61,489 nt of DNA from positions 1 through 61,489 of IMG/VR virus record IMGVR_UViG_3300025070_000030; one strand, written 5' to 3'. The stretch comes from a virus. Lineage: Duplodnaviria > Caudoviricetes. The notes under the pieces are model-generated. The model was not told the origin of the DNA and searched no databases. It worked only from the letters and a program-made list of their open reading frames with translations. The translations under genes and the position numbers were made by a program. Below, one piece after another: positions 17,892-27,520 of the stretch (positions within the stretch are counted from its first letter, which is position 1; each line of letters opens with the position of its first letter).

Positions 17892-18785
17892 TTAGTTGTT
17901 AAGGTCGATCCGTCCCTCTTGACGTGCAGTGTCTAATTCGCTTTCCAGCTTTTCAAACTCCCACGGCTTGAGACTACGGATTTCAGAAGCTTTCCAAATT
18001 TTACCTTCTGTTTTAGTTGTAGCCACTTCTCTCGCGGAGGTTTTAGTGACTGCATCTGCTGCAGAAGCCCGTTTGGTTTTCTTCTTTGCCGATACGCCAG
18101 TATCAGCTTTGTAGAGGTCTATGACCCGTGCCGCCCATTTAGCATCCGTATTGTTTTTGTAGATGCCATCAGAAATAGATTCAGGCTGCTCTTCAAGCCA
18201 AGAAAGAAACTTTTCATCCACTTTGATTTCGTCGAAATCGGGATGGTGAGAAACAAGCTGCTGATACGCATTCTTTTTCTCTAGGTCTTTTTCTCGCTCT
18301 TTGATCGTTCCCAGTTCCTCGCGGAGTTGGGATACCTGTGATTCTGTTTGGAGCGAAGAAACGGTTTGTACGACATCAAACACTTCTGGATATTGAGACT
18401 TGAATTGTTCCAGTTCTTCCATCGTCTTTGGCATTGCTACGTTGTTTGGCATCTCTACCTCCCGCCGTTCCAGCGACTGCCTAAGTTCGTTGATTTCACC
18501 TTTGAACTCATTGACCTTAGTATCGTAGTGTCGTTTGAGATCGTCGTATCGTTTCTTGTAATCGTGTTCCGCTTCTTTTTTGTTTGAAACAAAACTGTCT
18601 GCACTTTCGGGAGTAGCCTCTTCGGGGTCCGCTTCTTGTGCTTCTACAGTCTCTTCCGCTTCGTTGTCTTCATCGTCATCTTTGTAGACATCTTCGCGGT
18701 GCTTTCCACGATATAACGAATCATTGTTGATTGTTCCGAATGAGTCGTTTGGTTTGTTGGCACGGTGGCCTCTTGGTTTTGCCAT
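17892..18785 (-). CDS. Capsid scaffolding protein
   Basis: Acidic coiled coil, YKKRYDDL, HPDF, C-terminal ARQEGRI; directly upstream of the MCP. Confidence 0.8.
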   Translation of the reverse strand: MAKPRGHRANKPNDSFGTINNDSLYRGKHREDVYKDDDEDNEAEETVEAQEADPEEATPESADSFVSNKKEAEHDYKKRYDDLKRHYDTKVNEFKGEINELRQSLERREVEMPNNVAMPKTMEELEQFKSQYPEVFDVVQTVSSLQTESQVSQLREELGTIKEREKDLEKKNAYQQLVSHHPDFDEIKVDEKFLSWLEEQPESISDGIYKNNTDAKWAARVIDLYKADTGVSAKKKTKRASAADAVTKTSAREVATTKTEGKIWKASEIRSLKPWEFEKLESELDTARQEGRIDLNN

Positions 18786-18802
18786 TTTATTACCTCTTGT
18801 TA

Positions 18803-18870
18803 GCGGGGCTACTTTGGCTTGTAGGTAGCCGCTTCGGTTGAGTCGGGGCCGTTGTTAGCGGGTAGCCGAC
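18803..18870 (-). promoter_or_regulatory. Tandem structured RNA hairpins in the scaffold-gene leader
   Basis: Two hairpins with different stems but the same CUAC/CC internal loop. Confidence 0.6.
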
Positions 18871-18877
18871 GAATTCT

Positions 18878-21400
18878 CTAATTTATTTCTTTACTACGAA
18901 ATTCTTCTCTATATCTAGCTGCTACTCTTTCTGCTAGTCGTTCATCACTCTTTGCTATTCTTTCAAGCACTTCATTTTTGCGCTGTTTATCTACAGCATC
19001 GTCAAATTTTTGTGAGGGATATTTTATGGGTTCAGCAGCTTTTAATTCTGGGTATTTTTTATACATAGCTTGTTGTATAACGGGTTCTGCATTATCCTGT
19101 AAGTACCGCCTAAATTGTGATAAGTAACCATCCCTAGTCATATTTGCAGTTTTTTCGTCTGTAGGAAACATGCCCCCCACTACTTTGAAAGCAATGTCTT
19201 TAGCTCTTAATTCTTCTCTAAGATCACTCTCTTCGTAGCCGAATGAATTTCCTATGTTAGCAAATTTTTCTGCATCAAGGTGTGCTATTTCTTCTGCTAG
19301 TACAAACAAATTAAATAGCGTCGGAGTCAAAGGCACGTTGATGTTGCTAGACCCTGCATAAAAATCTCCAAGTATGGGATTAGTTTTGTTTAGTCTAGCC
19401 ACTTCATTTGCGTATTCTAGATCGGCACCGCTGTAGTAATCGGAATCAACACTTAATTTAAAATCTTTATCTCGCATAACTTGAGCATCAGTAAATGTTT
19501 GAGCGTTCGTAAGCAACTCGTTCATCTTTCGATGCACTTCATCAGCTATAATCTTGTCTTCGTATTCGTCTACCTCACCGCCATCAGCTAACTTTTTTCT
19601 AGTGAGGAATCCACCCCCTGCTGCGCCCACAGGCTGCTGACCATTCTCTTTAATACGCTTAGACGTTTCTTTTTTACCGCGATTGTTGATCTTCTCTAGG
19701 CGGTCATAGCCAATAATCTTGGCGATAGCTGGCGGGACAATGACTTCTCCACGTGACACAGCTATGTCTATCTGTTCTTTTGACGGGGCACCCTTGCCTT
19801 GTTTACCTAGCTTTTTGTACGCAGTTTGTAGCATACGTGCTATGTCGTCCTCGCCCGCAAACTCTACGGCTGCTGCGTTGATAACAAACGTGCCGTCATC
19901 GACGCTCATAGGCTTGTCATCGGCCACTGTAGCAGCTTCAGATACCTGTGATGGCGGACGCTCTACAAAGCCCGCTGGTGCGGCTCGTGCGACCCCTCCG
20001 GGTGCATAGCCAACACGGCCACCCAGTGCGCGGTAGCCCCCACTACCGCCGACATTAGAGCCGCCCATGCCGCCATAGGAGCCACCGCTACCACCGGGAG
20101 CAGTGCCGCCGCCAGTAGCACCACTTTGTGTACCACCACTTTGTGTACCACCACTTTTTTCTTCGCTTTTAGAATCTTCTTTAGGTGGACCTGAAAAGTC
20201 AGACATTCCAAAATCGCCTGATACGTTACCTTTATCTGGCCCTTCATTAGCTAACACAGAAGCGGGATCAACACCGGGTTTTTGTTTCTTTTCTGAAGAG
20301 GCGTCACCTAACTTACTCTTCAAAAAATCAGACGAAAACTTTTTTGCCTCTTCCAAGTGCTTGTTGTAATCACCCAACGCTACATTACTTGTTTTATGAA
20401 ATATACCAGTTTTAAACTGCTTCATGTGTTCGTTGAGGGCTTGTTTTAGCTGTTGAGATAAGTCCCTTTTTCCTGCAGTAGCGGCACTAATTTGACTTGC
20501 GGTATATCCCATCTCCGTCATTAAATCAGTAGTGAACCTGTTTCGTGCTTTTGTGGCTTGAGTTGCACTAACATTTTGACTAGACCCATCAGACCCCACA
20601 ACAGTACCGTATGCGTCAACGGCAACGCCACTGGCTGTGGCTAGTGCTTTGTGACCGGTGTTGATGTATGTACCAACTGCATCAGGGCGAGAGTTGGCTA
20701 TTTCTTTCATCATGCCCGGAAGGAACCCCTTACTCATGTGTTCCAAGCCAGCCATTTGTCTTTGAGTGCCACTAAACACTCCAGAAAAAATTGTTTCTCC
20801 CGGCTTGCGGTAAACCAGTTGACCGTTTAGTTCAAACATGGAACCGCCACTGCCGCCTGTTGCGGCGATTGAGTCGGCTGTTTCTTTTTGTTTTTTGCGG
20901 TTCATTTCCGCCATAGCAGACAGGGCAGGTCCACCAAGCGGTCCAAGTCCCATCATAGTTCCTACAGCACTTCCAACAGCACCCTCTGGGGTTTTGTACA
21001 TGTCAGCGACGGCTTTACCAAACCCGCTAAGAGACTTATCTTTTTTTGCACCGTCTTGTATTGCTTTGCTAGGATCAACGTAGTCGTTTATGACTTCATT
21101 AAAGTCTTTTGTTTTAAAATCAAATGAACTTTCACCGCCCAGTGTGACCCCTGCGCCAAAGACAGTCGGTCTGTCTTCGTCGCTTCCTACGGGTGCAAGG
21201 ACGTTTGCCTGCACGTCCTGATCGTCGTCATCGTCGTCGTCATCGTCGTCAATAACCACGGGGTCAGTGATTGTTGGCATGTTGTAAAAATCAATGAACC
21301 GCGACTGGTACTCGTCTTGAGTCAACTCAGGAGCCGGATCAAAATACGGAGTGCCGCTAGTCACGGTAGTGGTGCCCGTTGTTGTGTCGTTTTCAGCCAT
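18878..21400 (-). CDS. Large internal virion protein with possible C-terminal zincin-like domain
   Basis: Between portal and scaffold; Gly-rich linkers, GEVIV motif, LAEEIAH...EELRA. Confidence 0.6.
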   Translation of the reverse strand: MAENDTTTGTTTVTSGTPYFDPAPELTQDEYQSRFIDFYNMPTITDPVVIDDDDDDDDDDQDVQANVLAPVGSDEDRPTVFGAGVTLGGESSFDFKTKDFNEVINDYVDPSKAIQDGAKKDKSLSGFGKAVADMYKTPEGAVGSAVGTMMGLGPLGGPALSAMAEMNRKKQKETADSIAATGGSGGSMFELNGQLVYRKPGETIFSGVFSGTQRQMAGLEHMSKGFLPGMMKEIANSRPDAVGTYINTGHKALATASGVAVDAYGTVVGSDGSSQNVSATQATKARNRFTTDLMTEMGYTASQISAATAGKRDLSQQLKQALNEHMKQFKTGIFHKTSNVALGDYNKHLEEAKKFSSDFLKSKLGDASSEKKQKPGVDPASVLANEGPDKGNVSGDFGMSDFSGPPKEDSKSEEKSGGTQSGGTQSGATGGGTAPGGSGGSYGGMGGSNVGGSGGYRALGGRVGYAPGGVARAAPAGFVERPPSQVSEAATVADDKPMSVDDGTFVINAAAVEFAGEDDIARMLQTAYKKLGKQGKGAPSKEQIDIAVSRGEVIVPPAIAKIIGYDRLEKINNRGKKETSKRIKENGQQPVGAAGGGFLTRKKLADGGEVDEYEDKIIADEVHRKMNELLTNAQTFTDAQVMRDKDFKLSVDSDYYSGADLEYANEVARLNKTNPILGDFYAGSSNINVPLTPTLFNLFVLAEEIAHLDAEKFANIGNSFGYEESDLREELRAKDIAFKVVGGMFPTDEKTANMTRDGYLSQFRRYLQDNAEPVIQQAMYKKYPELKAAEPIKYPSQKFDDAVDKQRKNEVLERIAKSDERLAERVAARYREEFRSKEIN

Positions 21401-21617
21401 TGTTTTTTACTACTGCCTCGTAGCTATCCTTCAGTTGAAGGAGGGTTTCCAGTAAAGCCAGCTTCCCCTGCAACTGGCGCAGTTCCGACTCCGATTGTGC
21501 CGTTACCACGGCCCGAATCGTCAAGTCCTTGAGGTCCGCTAGGTACTCCCGGAGCGGCTCCCATTCCTTGCTGTTGAGCATCGGGGCCAGCTTGCGGGCT
21601 TGGTCCTTGTTGAGCAT
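21393..21617 (-). CDS. Small portal-adjacent protein (overlaps the portal 3' end)
   Basis: W...YL...LRQLQGK helical pattern; coupled to 18878..21400. Confidence 0.6.
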   Translation of the reverse strand: MLNKDQARKLAPMLNSKEWEPLREYLADLKDLTIRAVVTAQSESELRQLQGKLALLETLLQLKDSYEAVVKNNG

Positions 21618-23544
21618 TTTGCATCATTCCTTGTAACATCTGTGCGTATACTTGCGCTTCGTTTTGATCGTTGACTAGGCTGTCAGGATCAATGTCCTGT
21701 GAGATAGCCAGTTCACGCATCAAGTTTGGTATCTTTACGAACGGAGCAAGCATGGGGTTAGCTACAGTCTGTAGCAACGAGGTAAGACGCTGTGTGCGGA
21801 CTTCTTTTTGCATGACGGCTGCAACGCCACGCGGTTTGATTTCTAGGTCGCCTGTGATGTCCTCAATGTTTTCACCAAACTGCATGTTCCACTGAAAGAA
21901 CGCTTCACCGATTGGCTTGAGGAGATGGTCGTCAATGTTTTTAATGACGGTCTTCATGGACAGTCCAGCGGAACCCATCAGCATGGACAGACCTGCAGCG
22001 GTACGTCCTGTTCCCGTGACTCCTGTTTGACCGTGAGTGATGGATGGTATGCCCGTCTCTTCGTCAGCAAGCTGCCGTGATATCTGATACATCTGAATGT
22101 TTTCACCGGCTGTGTTTGGAAACTTGAGTCCGTTGACAGCGGTGCCAGTGACTCCAGACTGACGGCGGAATATCTTGCCGGGAAAGATGTCCATGTTTTG
22201 TCCGGGAACAAGGGACGCTTCGTCCACGTCAAATACAAGGTTGCCAGCGAGGGCAAGATTGTCGATTGCCATACGAACGTGACCATTCATCAGCATCTGT
22301 GCGTCTTCCATGTTTTCCGCAACGCCAACACCCCAGATTTGATAGGGGTTGATTTCAAACGGAAACGACTGGTAGGGTATACGTGCCGGTGTGAATGGAT
22401 TCAGCACACAACGAAGGATCATTGTACCACACACCCAGATGTTGACCTGCATTTGGTCAAACTCTGACATGTTCTCTGCGCCCTCAAAGCCTACTTCTTT
22501 TGCAAACTTAGAGTCAAGGACGCCCCAATACTCAAGAACTTCGTATCTGTTTTCAGAAATGTGTGGTTCTGTTTCGTCTTCACGAATGGTGTCTTCGTAG
22601 TATTTATCTTCGTAGTTTGGTCCTTTTGCAAGGCACTCTTCGATTGCTTGGGCGTCAAAGTGTGGGCGCATGACAAGGCTGCGTAGCTGCTGCCGGTTCA
22701 TACGGTGCCGTTCGATGACGTACTCGCAGTCTTCTACAGACGTGGCGGAGGGATCAGGGTGAAAGTCCCAACACGAAACGTGTTCAATGCGGGGCACAGT
22801 GCGTTCGTACGGGGTGTACTCCCGCTCACCCTCTTCGTTAGTTGTCCACTTGTGTACCCGCTTGTAAAAGTTAAACGGGCCTTTGATCACTCCCGTACCA
22901 AACAGTGCTGACTCAAAGATAGCTTTGCGAAACTCACTGACGGCGTTGGTGTCAAGCAACTGATCGTGGATACACTTTTCCATCTTTCGTGCTTGTTCTT
23001 TTGCAGGTTCAAACTGTGGTTCACCCACACGAGACTTGCCCGCAAGGATCATGTCACCAAAGTCTTTACCGTACGATCCCAGTTTATGTGGATCATCCGC
23101 CCTCATGGCACCGGGTGCTAAGTCACGGCCATCTCCCGGAAACCCGTATGGATCACTTGGTTGTTGGTCTAGTTCGTCAGCGGGGGTACGCATGTGAGCA
23201 AACTCTTCAATGCCTTCTGGCATCGGAGTTGACTCCACGACAAGTGGGAACTTTTTGTTGGCAAACAAGATGTCGATAATTTGCCCGTACGCAGCAAGGA
23301 CTTTTGTTTTGGTGATCTTGATGAACACCTTTGATCTCTCGCTGTCGCGGTACTGCGTTGTACTGTCGTAGATTCCACGAAAGTTTTTGTACGCTTGCAG
23401 CCATCGCTGTTCGTTTGAAAACCGTCCGTTCTCTGCGTCGTCAAACCGTGCCCGTATGTGACCCGCAAGTCCGGGCATCTGCTCGTCAGGATTGGTTATC
23501 GGAATCGCTCGTTCTTCTTCCGGTTCTAGAAAATTATCGGACAT
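21424..23544 (-). CDS. Portal protein
   Basis: 706 aa; FGTGVIKGP, WDFHPDP, TAAGLSML; position between terminase and scaffold. Confidence 0.85.
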   Translation of the reverse strand: MSDNFLEPEEERAIPITNPDEQMPGLAGHIRARFDDAENGRFSNEQRWLQAYKNFRGIYDSTTQYRDSERSKVFIKITKTKVLAAYGQIIDILFANKKFPLVVESTPMPEGIEEFAHMRTPADELDQQPSDPYGFPGDGRDLAPGAMRADDPHKLGSYGKDFGDMILAGKSRVGEPQFEPAKEQARKMEKCIHDQLLDTNAVSEFRKAIFESALFGTGVIKGPFNFYKRVHKWTTNEEGEREYTPYERTVPRIEHVSCWDFHPDPSATSVEDCEYVIERHRMNRQQLRSLVMRPHFDAQAIEECLAKGPNYEDKYYEDTIREDETEPHISENRYEVLEYWGVLDSKFAKEVGFEGAENMSEFDQMQVNIWVCGTMILRCVLNPFTPARIPYQSFPFEINPYQIWGVGVAENMEDAQMLMNGHVRMAIDNLALAGNLVFDVDEASLVPGQNMDIFPGKIFRRQSGVTGTAVNGLKFPNTAGENIQMYQISRQLADEETGIPSITHGQTGVTGTGRTAAGLSMLMGSAGLSMKTVIKNIDDHLLKPIGEAFFQWNMQFGENIEDITGDLEIKPRGVAAVMQKEVRTQRLTSLLQTVANPMLAPFVKIPNLMRELAISQDIDPDSLVNDQNEAQVYAQMLQGMMQNAQQGPSPQAGPDAQQQGMGAAPGVPSGPQGLDDSGRGNGTIGVGTAPVAGEAGFTGNPPSTEG

Positions 23545-23553
23545 GTCGCTTCC

Positions 23554-23772
23554 TTAGTAGTCGCGTTCGTCTGCCATTTTAAAAAGTGAAGCTTCTACCG
23601 TAGCTTTTGTTTGCTTCTTTGGCATTGCTTCGATCATTGGGCCTGTCTGTACACGAGTGTCGAATTCCAAACCTTCGCGGTACAGTTGTGATGCGCCTTC
23701 GTCTTTATCAACGCTGGTCTTATCTGCGTTCATAATGTACGATGCACCGTAGTTGTAGTTATTACCGGGCAT
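23554..23772 (-). CDS. Hypothetical small protein
   Basis: GGGGAG RBS; tight gene packing. Confidence 0.65.
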   Translation of the reverse strand: MPGNNYNYGASYIMNADKTSVDKDEGASQLYREGLEFDTRVQTGPMIEAMPKKQTKATVEASLFKMADERDY

Positions 23773-23801
23773 AGGTTTCTCTCCCCTATGGTTGTGGAAG
23801 C

Positions 23802-25640
23802 TTAGATAGTAATGCGAGGGTCAGCTTCTTTTTCCCTCTTTGGAACAAACCCCTGCTCGTCGTCGGGTATATTTCCAAATTCATCTCCAAAGTCGTACTG
23901 GCGGTCTTGCGCCTCTTGCATCATGGAGGGTATTTTCATATCTTGTTTTTCGCGGGAAAGTGCGCCAGTTGCCATTTCGACTACTACTCCTGCGCCGCCT
24001 CCCATTCTTGGCAAAAAGTCGGTTGTTTCTTGGCCTAATTTTTCAGCCACAAACTCCTCGCCTTTTCTTTGTGCAACATCGTAGGGGTCTTCTGCATCAC
24101 CAACAAATGTCTTTTCTATAACGGCTGCACTCAAGTCGGCAACAGGTCCGGGAACAACTTTCAAGGCTGCAAGACTTGCAAGGGAACCAGATTTGAGCGT
24201 AGAACTAAGCTTGTCCCACAATCCAAGTCTTTTTAATTTTTCTATAGTTTCGTCGCTGATGTTGCCTTCGGGTGTGTCGCCTGTTTGATCAAGCTTAGAT
24301 GCACGAACATCTGCCCGTATTTCTTTCTCGCGCATGCGGCGTAGTTCATCGGCTTTTACTTTTTCTATGTCAACTTCTGCTGCCCTAGCTATTTCTTCTG
24401 GGGTTACAGAAGCCTTTGCCTTTATTTCTTTGGCTTGCGCCTCTGCAACAGCAGCCCCTGCAGCAGCCCGTCTTGCTTTTTCTTCTTCAATTATTGTAAG
24501 CTTCTGATCTTCTATCAGTGCCGCCCTGTCCTCATCAGACAGAAGGTCTATATTGATATTCTTAGGCGTTGTGCCGAAATCTCCCACTGCAAAACTGGAT
24601 GGATTTTCAAGAAGTTTAGGAATATCTGTTGACGGCGCAAGACCTGCATAGTTTTTACGAAGAATGCTGTCATTGACATGCCCCATTACTCCCTGTACAA
24701 GTGCCTCTGGAATGTTGTATTGATCCAACATAATTTTAGGAACAATAGAGCGTATGGCAGAGGGGGTAGTAACTGGCTTTTCAGAAAGCTGTATTCCGTC
24801 TGGACCTTCAACTTTTATTTCTGCAAGAGGTAGTAACTCTGAATACTGTTCAAGACGAGGGGTAATATGCTTGGCAAACGCATCGTCAAAATTTGCAGTG
24901 CTAGTATCAAATAAAAATTCAGACTTAGTTGAGTCTAGATTTCTTTTAAGTAGTTGACCCGTTGGCGAATCTAAATCAAAAGTTAGAGGAGGGCGTCCCT
25001 TTTTATCAGTTTTTGTTACTTTTTTACCGGCTACTGTTATTGTGTTGTTTGAAACAGTAACGTCAGATTTCTTTAGACCTTGTAATTGAGAAGGTCTGTG
25101 AGATGTTGTCGCATGATACTTTGCAAGATCGGCGGTGGCTTGCCCGTACTCTGCTTGAATAAGGGGCACAGCTTCAGCGTACATCTTGGCAAAGTCTTCC
25201 ATTGGAAGAAGACCACGCATGGGACGCTCACCCGCCATGCCTGTGCGTTGAGTTCCAGCTACAGTCCCCGTGCCCGTAAGCTGTGGGTACATGGCTACTT
25301 CAATATCGCTGCCCGGAACTTTCTCCATTACACCGGAGATTGCATACTTACTAAACAAATCTTTTATGTTGTTTTCTAACGCTTGAAGGTTAGGCGCACG
25401 ATTTGATTTGTCTGGGCTATTTTCTTTAGTAAAAAGTGTTAAAACCTTATCGTCTTTAAGGTCTTTGTAGGGCATGGTAATATCCAAGCCCATTACCTTA
25501 AAGCCTGAAGTAAGTGTGCCTATTCTTTTTTTGGCGTTGGGGCTGGTTGTCGGACGTGATCTAGCAAAGCTGATAGCTTCTTCCACGGTAGCGGTGCCAG
25601 CCTTCATCTTTTCTACAAACTCTATTTCAGTGAGTGCCAT
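23802..25640 (-). CDS. Tyrosine-recombinase-fold protein with long helical C-terminal extension
   Basis: TSHRPSQL..LK..DV (box I R), TKT (K), TPSAIRS (box II R), MGH and KNY in canonical order. Confidence 0.7.
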   Translation of the reverse strand: MALTEIEFVEKMKAGTATVEEAISFARSRPTTSPNAKKRIGTLTSGFKVMGLDITMPYKDLKDDKVLTLFTKENSPDKSNRAPNLQALENNIKDLFSKYAISGVMEKVPGSDIEVAMYPQLTGTGTVAGTQRTGMAGERPMRGLLPMEDFAKMYAEAVPLIQAEYGQATADLAKYHATTSHRPSQLQGLKKSDVTVSNNTITVAGKKVTKTDKKGRPPLTFDLDSPTGQLLKRNLDSTKSEFLFDTSTANFDDAFAKHITPRLEQYSELLPLAEIKVEGPDGIQLSEKPVTTPSAIRSIVPKIMLDQYNIPEALVQGVMGHVNDSILRKNYAGLAPSTDIPKLLENPSSFAVGDFGTTPKNINIDLLSDEDRAALIEDQKLTIIEEEKARRAAAGAAVAEAQAKEIKAKASVTPEEIARAAEVDIEKVKADELRRMREKEIRADVRASKLDQTGDTPEGNISDETIEKLKRLGLWDKLSSTLKSGSLASLAALKVVPGPVADLSAAVIEKTFVGDAEDPYDVAQRKGEEFVAEKLGQETTDFLPRMGGGAGVVVEMATGALSREKQDMKIPSMMQEAQDRQYDFGDEFGNIPDDEQGFVPKREKEADPRITI

Positions 25641-25643
25641 AGG

Positions 25644-27314
25644 TTAGTATCCGAATACTTCGTCTTGAACTTGGTGGACGTGGTTCTTGATTGCACCCAG
25701 TTGTTGGTGTATGGAAGCGTAGCCACTCATGCGTGTCATCATTCCGTAGCGCAACGCATCGTATGCGTGATCCTCTGCCTTTGTATCTACATCTTCGCTG
25801 TTTGTTTTGGAGAGCGGTATGCCAGCAATCTGTTTGACTATGTTGCTGCACGTAGAAAAGAAGCGGATGCGTGGTTCCTCTGTGTACGGATTGTCAGCTA
25901 GGCGGCGGTGTATTTCCATTTTGCCTTGAATGCGGTTGCGGTCTGCTGGTGTCCAGCGAACACCCTGTCGCATCATTACCTCTGCAATCGAAGGTCCAAA
26001 ACCTGTCTTGTTCCAGCAAGACGAGTCAAGGACCGTGTAGTGTGGTAATGGGTCTAGTTGTTCTGCTGCTAGTATTCTATCAGCTAATTGTTCTGCTGTC
26101 AAGTGTTTTTCGTATAATTCTCTGTAAATCCAAATGTTGTCGTCCCAGTCGATTGCACCCCACAGAACACACGAGGGTGCAGCGTACCCGTAGTCAGCCA
26201 TCCGTATGCGCGGCCAGTTGGTTGGCAGTTCGAACGGTTCAACGACGTGCTTGGTGCGGCTGAACTCTGGGAAGGCCGCTCCCTCTGCCACGTCCCAATC
26301 CCCTTCAAGAAGTCGCTTTCGTTCAACATCCGGGAGCGATCTGAGCATGGCCTCATACTGGCCGTCTGCCATCAGATGGGGATTGTCAGTCAACCGTGCC
26401 GGTACAAACTTACGAAAGAACAGCGGCTGACCTGCCTTTTCGTGGCCGGGGGGCCACACAAAGTCTTTTTTTGTCTCTATATCGAACGCAGGAAAAGGTT
26501 TGTTTTCTGGAGTTCCGTCGATGTAGGTTTTCTTGACCCACCAACCACCCACTCCTCCGGGGTTGGCAGTGCAGCGCATGTACAGGTGTTGCTGGAGTTC
26601 AGGATCAGTAGTACGAAGGCGAGAACGCAGGTAATCCCAGACGTAGGGTGTAGGATATTGGGTAATCTCATCAATGCCTATCCAGTTGAACGCTTGTCCC
26701 TGAAAGCGAGTTACGTCTTTGTCTTTGTCTAGGTAGGTGAACCAGATTGTTGCTCCGGAGGGAAAGTGCCACGTTGACTTGGACTCACGAAACTTTGCAC
26801 CGGGAAAAGCTTTTGTGTATAGCTGGCGTGACTTGTCGATCAGTTCGGTTAGTTCGTCCAGAGTGCGACGAAGCAGTAGACCGCGATGGTTGCTATTGTG
26901 ACAAAAGCGTAACGGGTCTGCAAGAAGCGCGAAACTTTTTCCACCACCGGCTGCACCACCGTATAGTACGTCGCGTTCACCAGCAGACAAAAACTCTTCT
27001 TGAGGCCCAGCGTTGGGCTGGAATACAATCTCACTGTCCTTGACCAACTCTGAAACGGCACTAGGCAGTTCAGACAAATCTCCTTGATCAACGACTTTAG
27101 TTTCCGTACCAACAAGTGCCTTTTCTACCTTTGTTATCTTTGCTTCAAGATTGCGGGCGTATCTGCGTTTGTCTTCGGCTGCTTTTGTTGTTTTGGCTGC
27201 GCGACGTTTGGCCCCGTTCAGTTTCTTTTGGGCAGCACGACGGGCACGTTCCTTTACGGACAGGTTGTACGAGGCTTTGGGTGCGTTGGGGTCTTTCTTA
27301 GGGCGTCCTGCCAC
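25644..27314 (-). CDS. terL: Terminase large subunit
   Basis: YGGAAGGGKS Walker A, IGIDE Walker B, TANPGG, C-terminal DHAYDALRY. Confidence 0.95.
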   Translation of the reverse strand: MAGRPKKDPNAPKASYNLSVKERARRAAQKKLNGAKRRAAKTTKAAEDKRRYARNLEAKITKVEKALVGTETKVVDQGDLSELPSAVSELVKDSEIVFQPNAGPQEEFLSAGERDVLYGGAAGGGKSFALLADPLRFCHNSNHRGLLLRRTLDELTELIDKSRQLYTKAFPGAKFRESKSTWHFPSGATIWFTYLDKDKDVTRFQGQAFNWIGIDEITQYPTPYVWDYLRSRLRTTDPELQQHLYMRCTANPGGVGGWWVKKTYIDGTPENKPFPAFDIETKKDFVWPPGHEKAGQPLFFRKFVPARLTDNPHLMADGQYEAMLRSLPDVERKRLLEGDWDVAEGAAFPEFSRTKHVVEPFELPTNWPRIRMADYGYAAPSCVLWGAIDWDDNIWIYRELYEKHLTAEQLADRILAAEQLDPLPHYTVLDSSCWNKTGFGPSIAEVMMRQGVRWTPADRNRIQGKMEIHRRLADNPYTEEPRIRFFSTCSNIVKQIAGIPLSKTNSEDVDTKAEDHAYDALRYGMMTRMSGYASIHQQLGAIKNHVHQVQDEVFGY

Positions 27315-27316
27315 GT

Positions 27317-27520
27317 CTATTCTTTCTCTGCTGAACCTTCTGCAGAACGTCCCTTTGCATTGGGGTTAGCTTCGTTCCACATACGCATACCTTCAGTTAC
27401 TTTATCTTTGTCTCCACCGTAAACGCGATTCAAATGGTTGTATGCTTCACGCTTGGTCATTTCGGTAAAGTCAGTTGTCAAGTCTTTTGCGGCTCTAACC
27501 ACGTCTTTAAAAAATTCCAT
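27317..27520 (-). CDS. Hypothetical small protein
   Basis: Coupled between the terminase genes; ends KGRSAEGSAEKE. Confidence 0.65.
   Translation of the reverse strand: MEFFKDVVRAAKDLTTDFTEMTKREAYNHLNRVYGGDKDKVTEGMRMWNEANPNAKGRSAEGSAEKE

Noticed and set aside
20118-21250. GGTQS tandem repeat and poly-Asp run
   Set aside because: Low-complexity linkers within a coding region; no evidence of a separate function.
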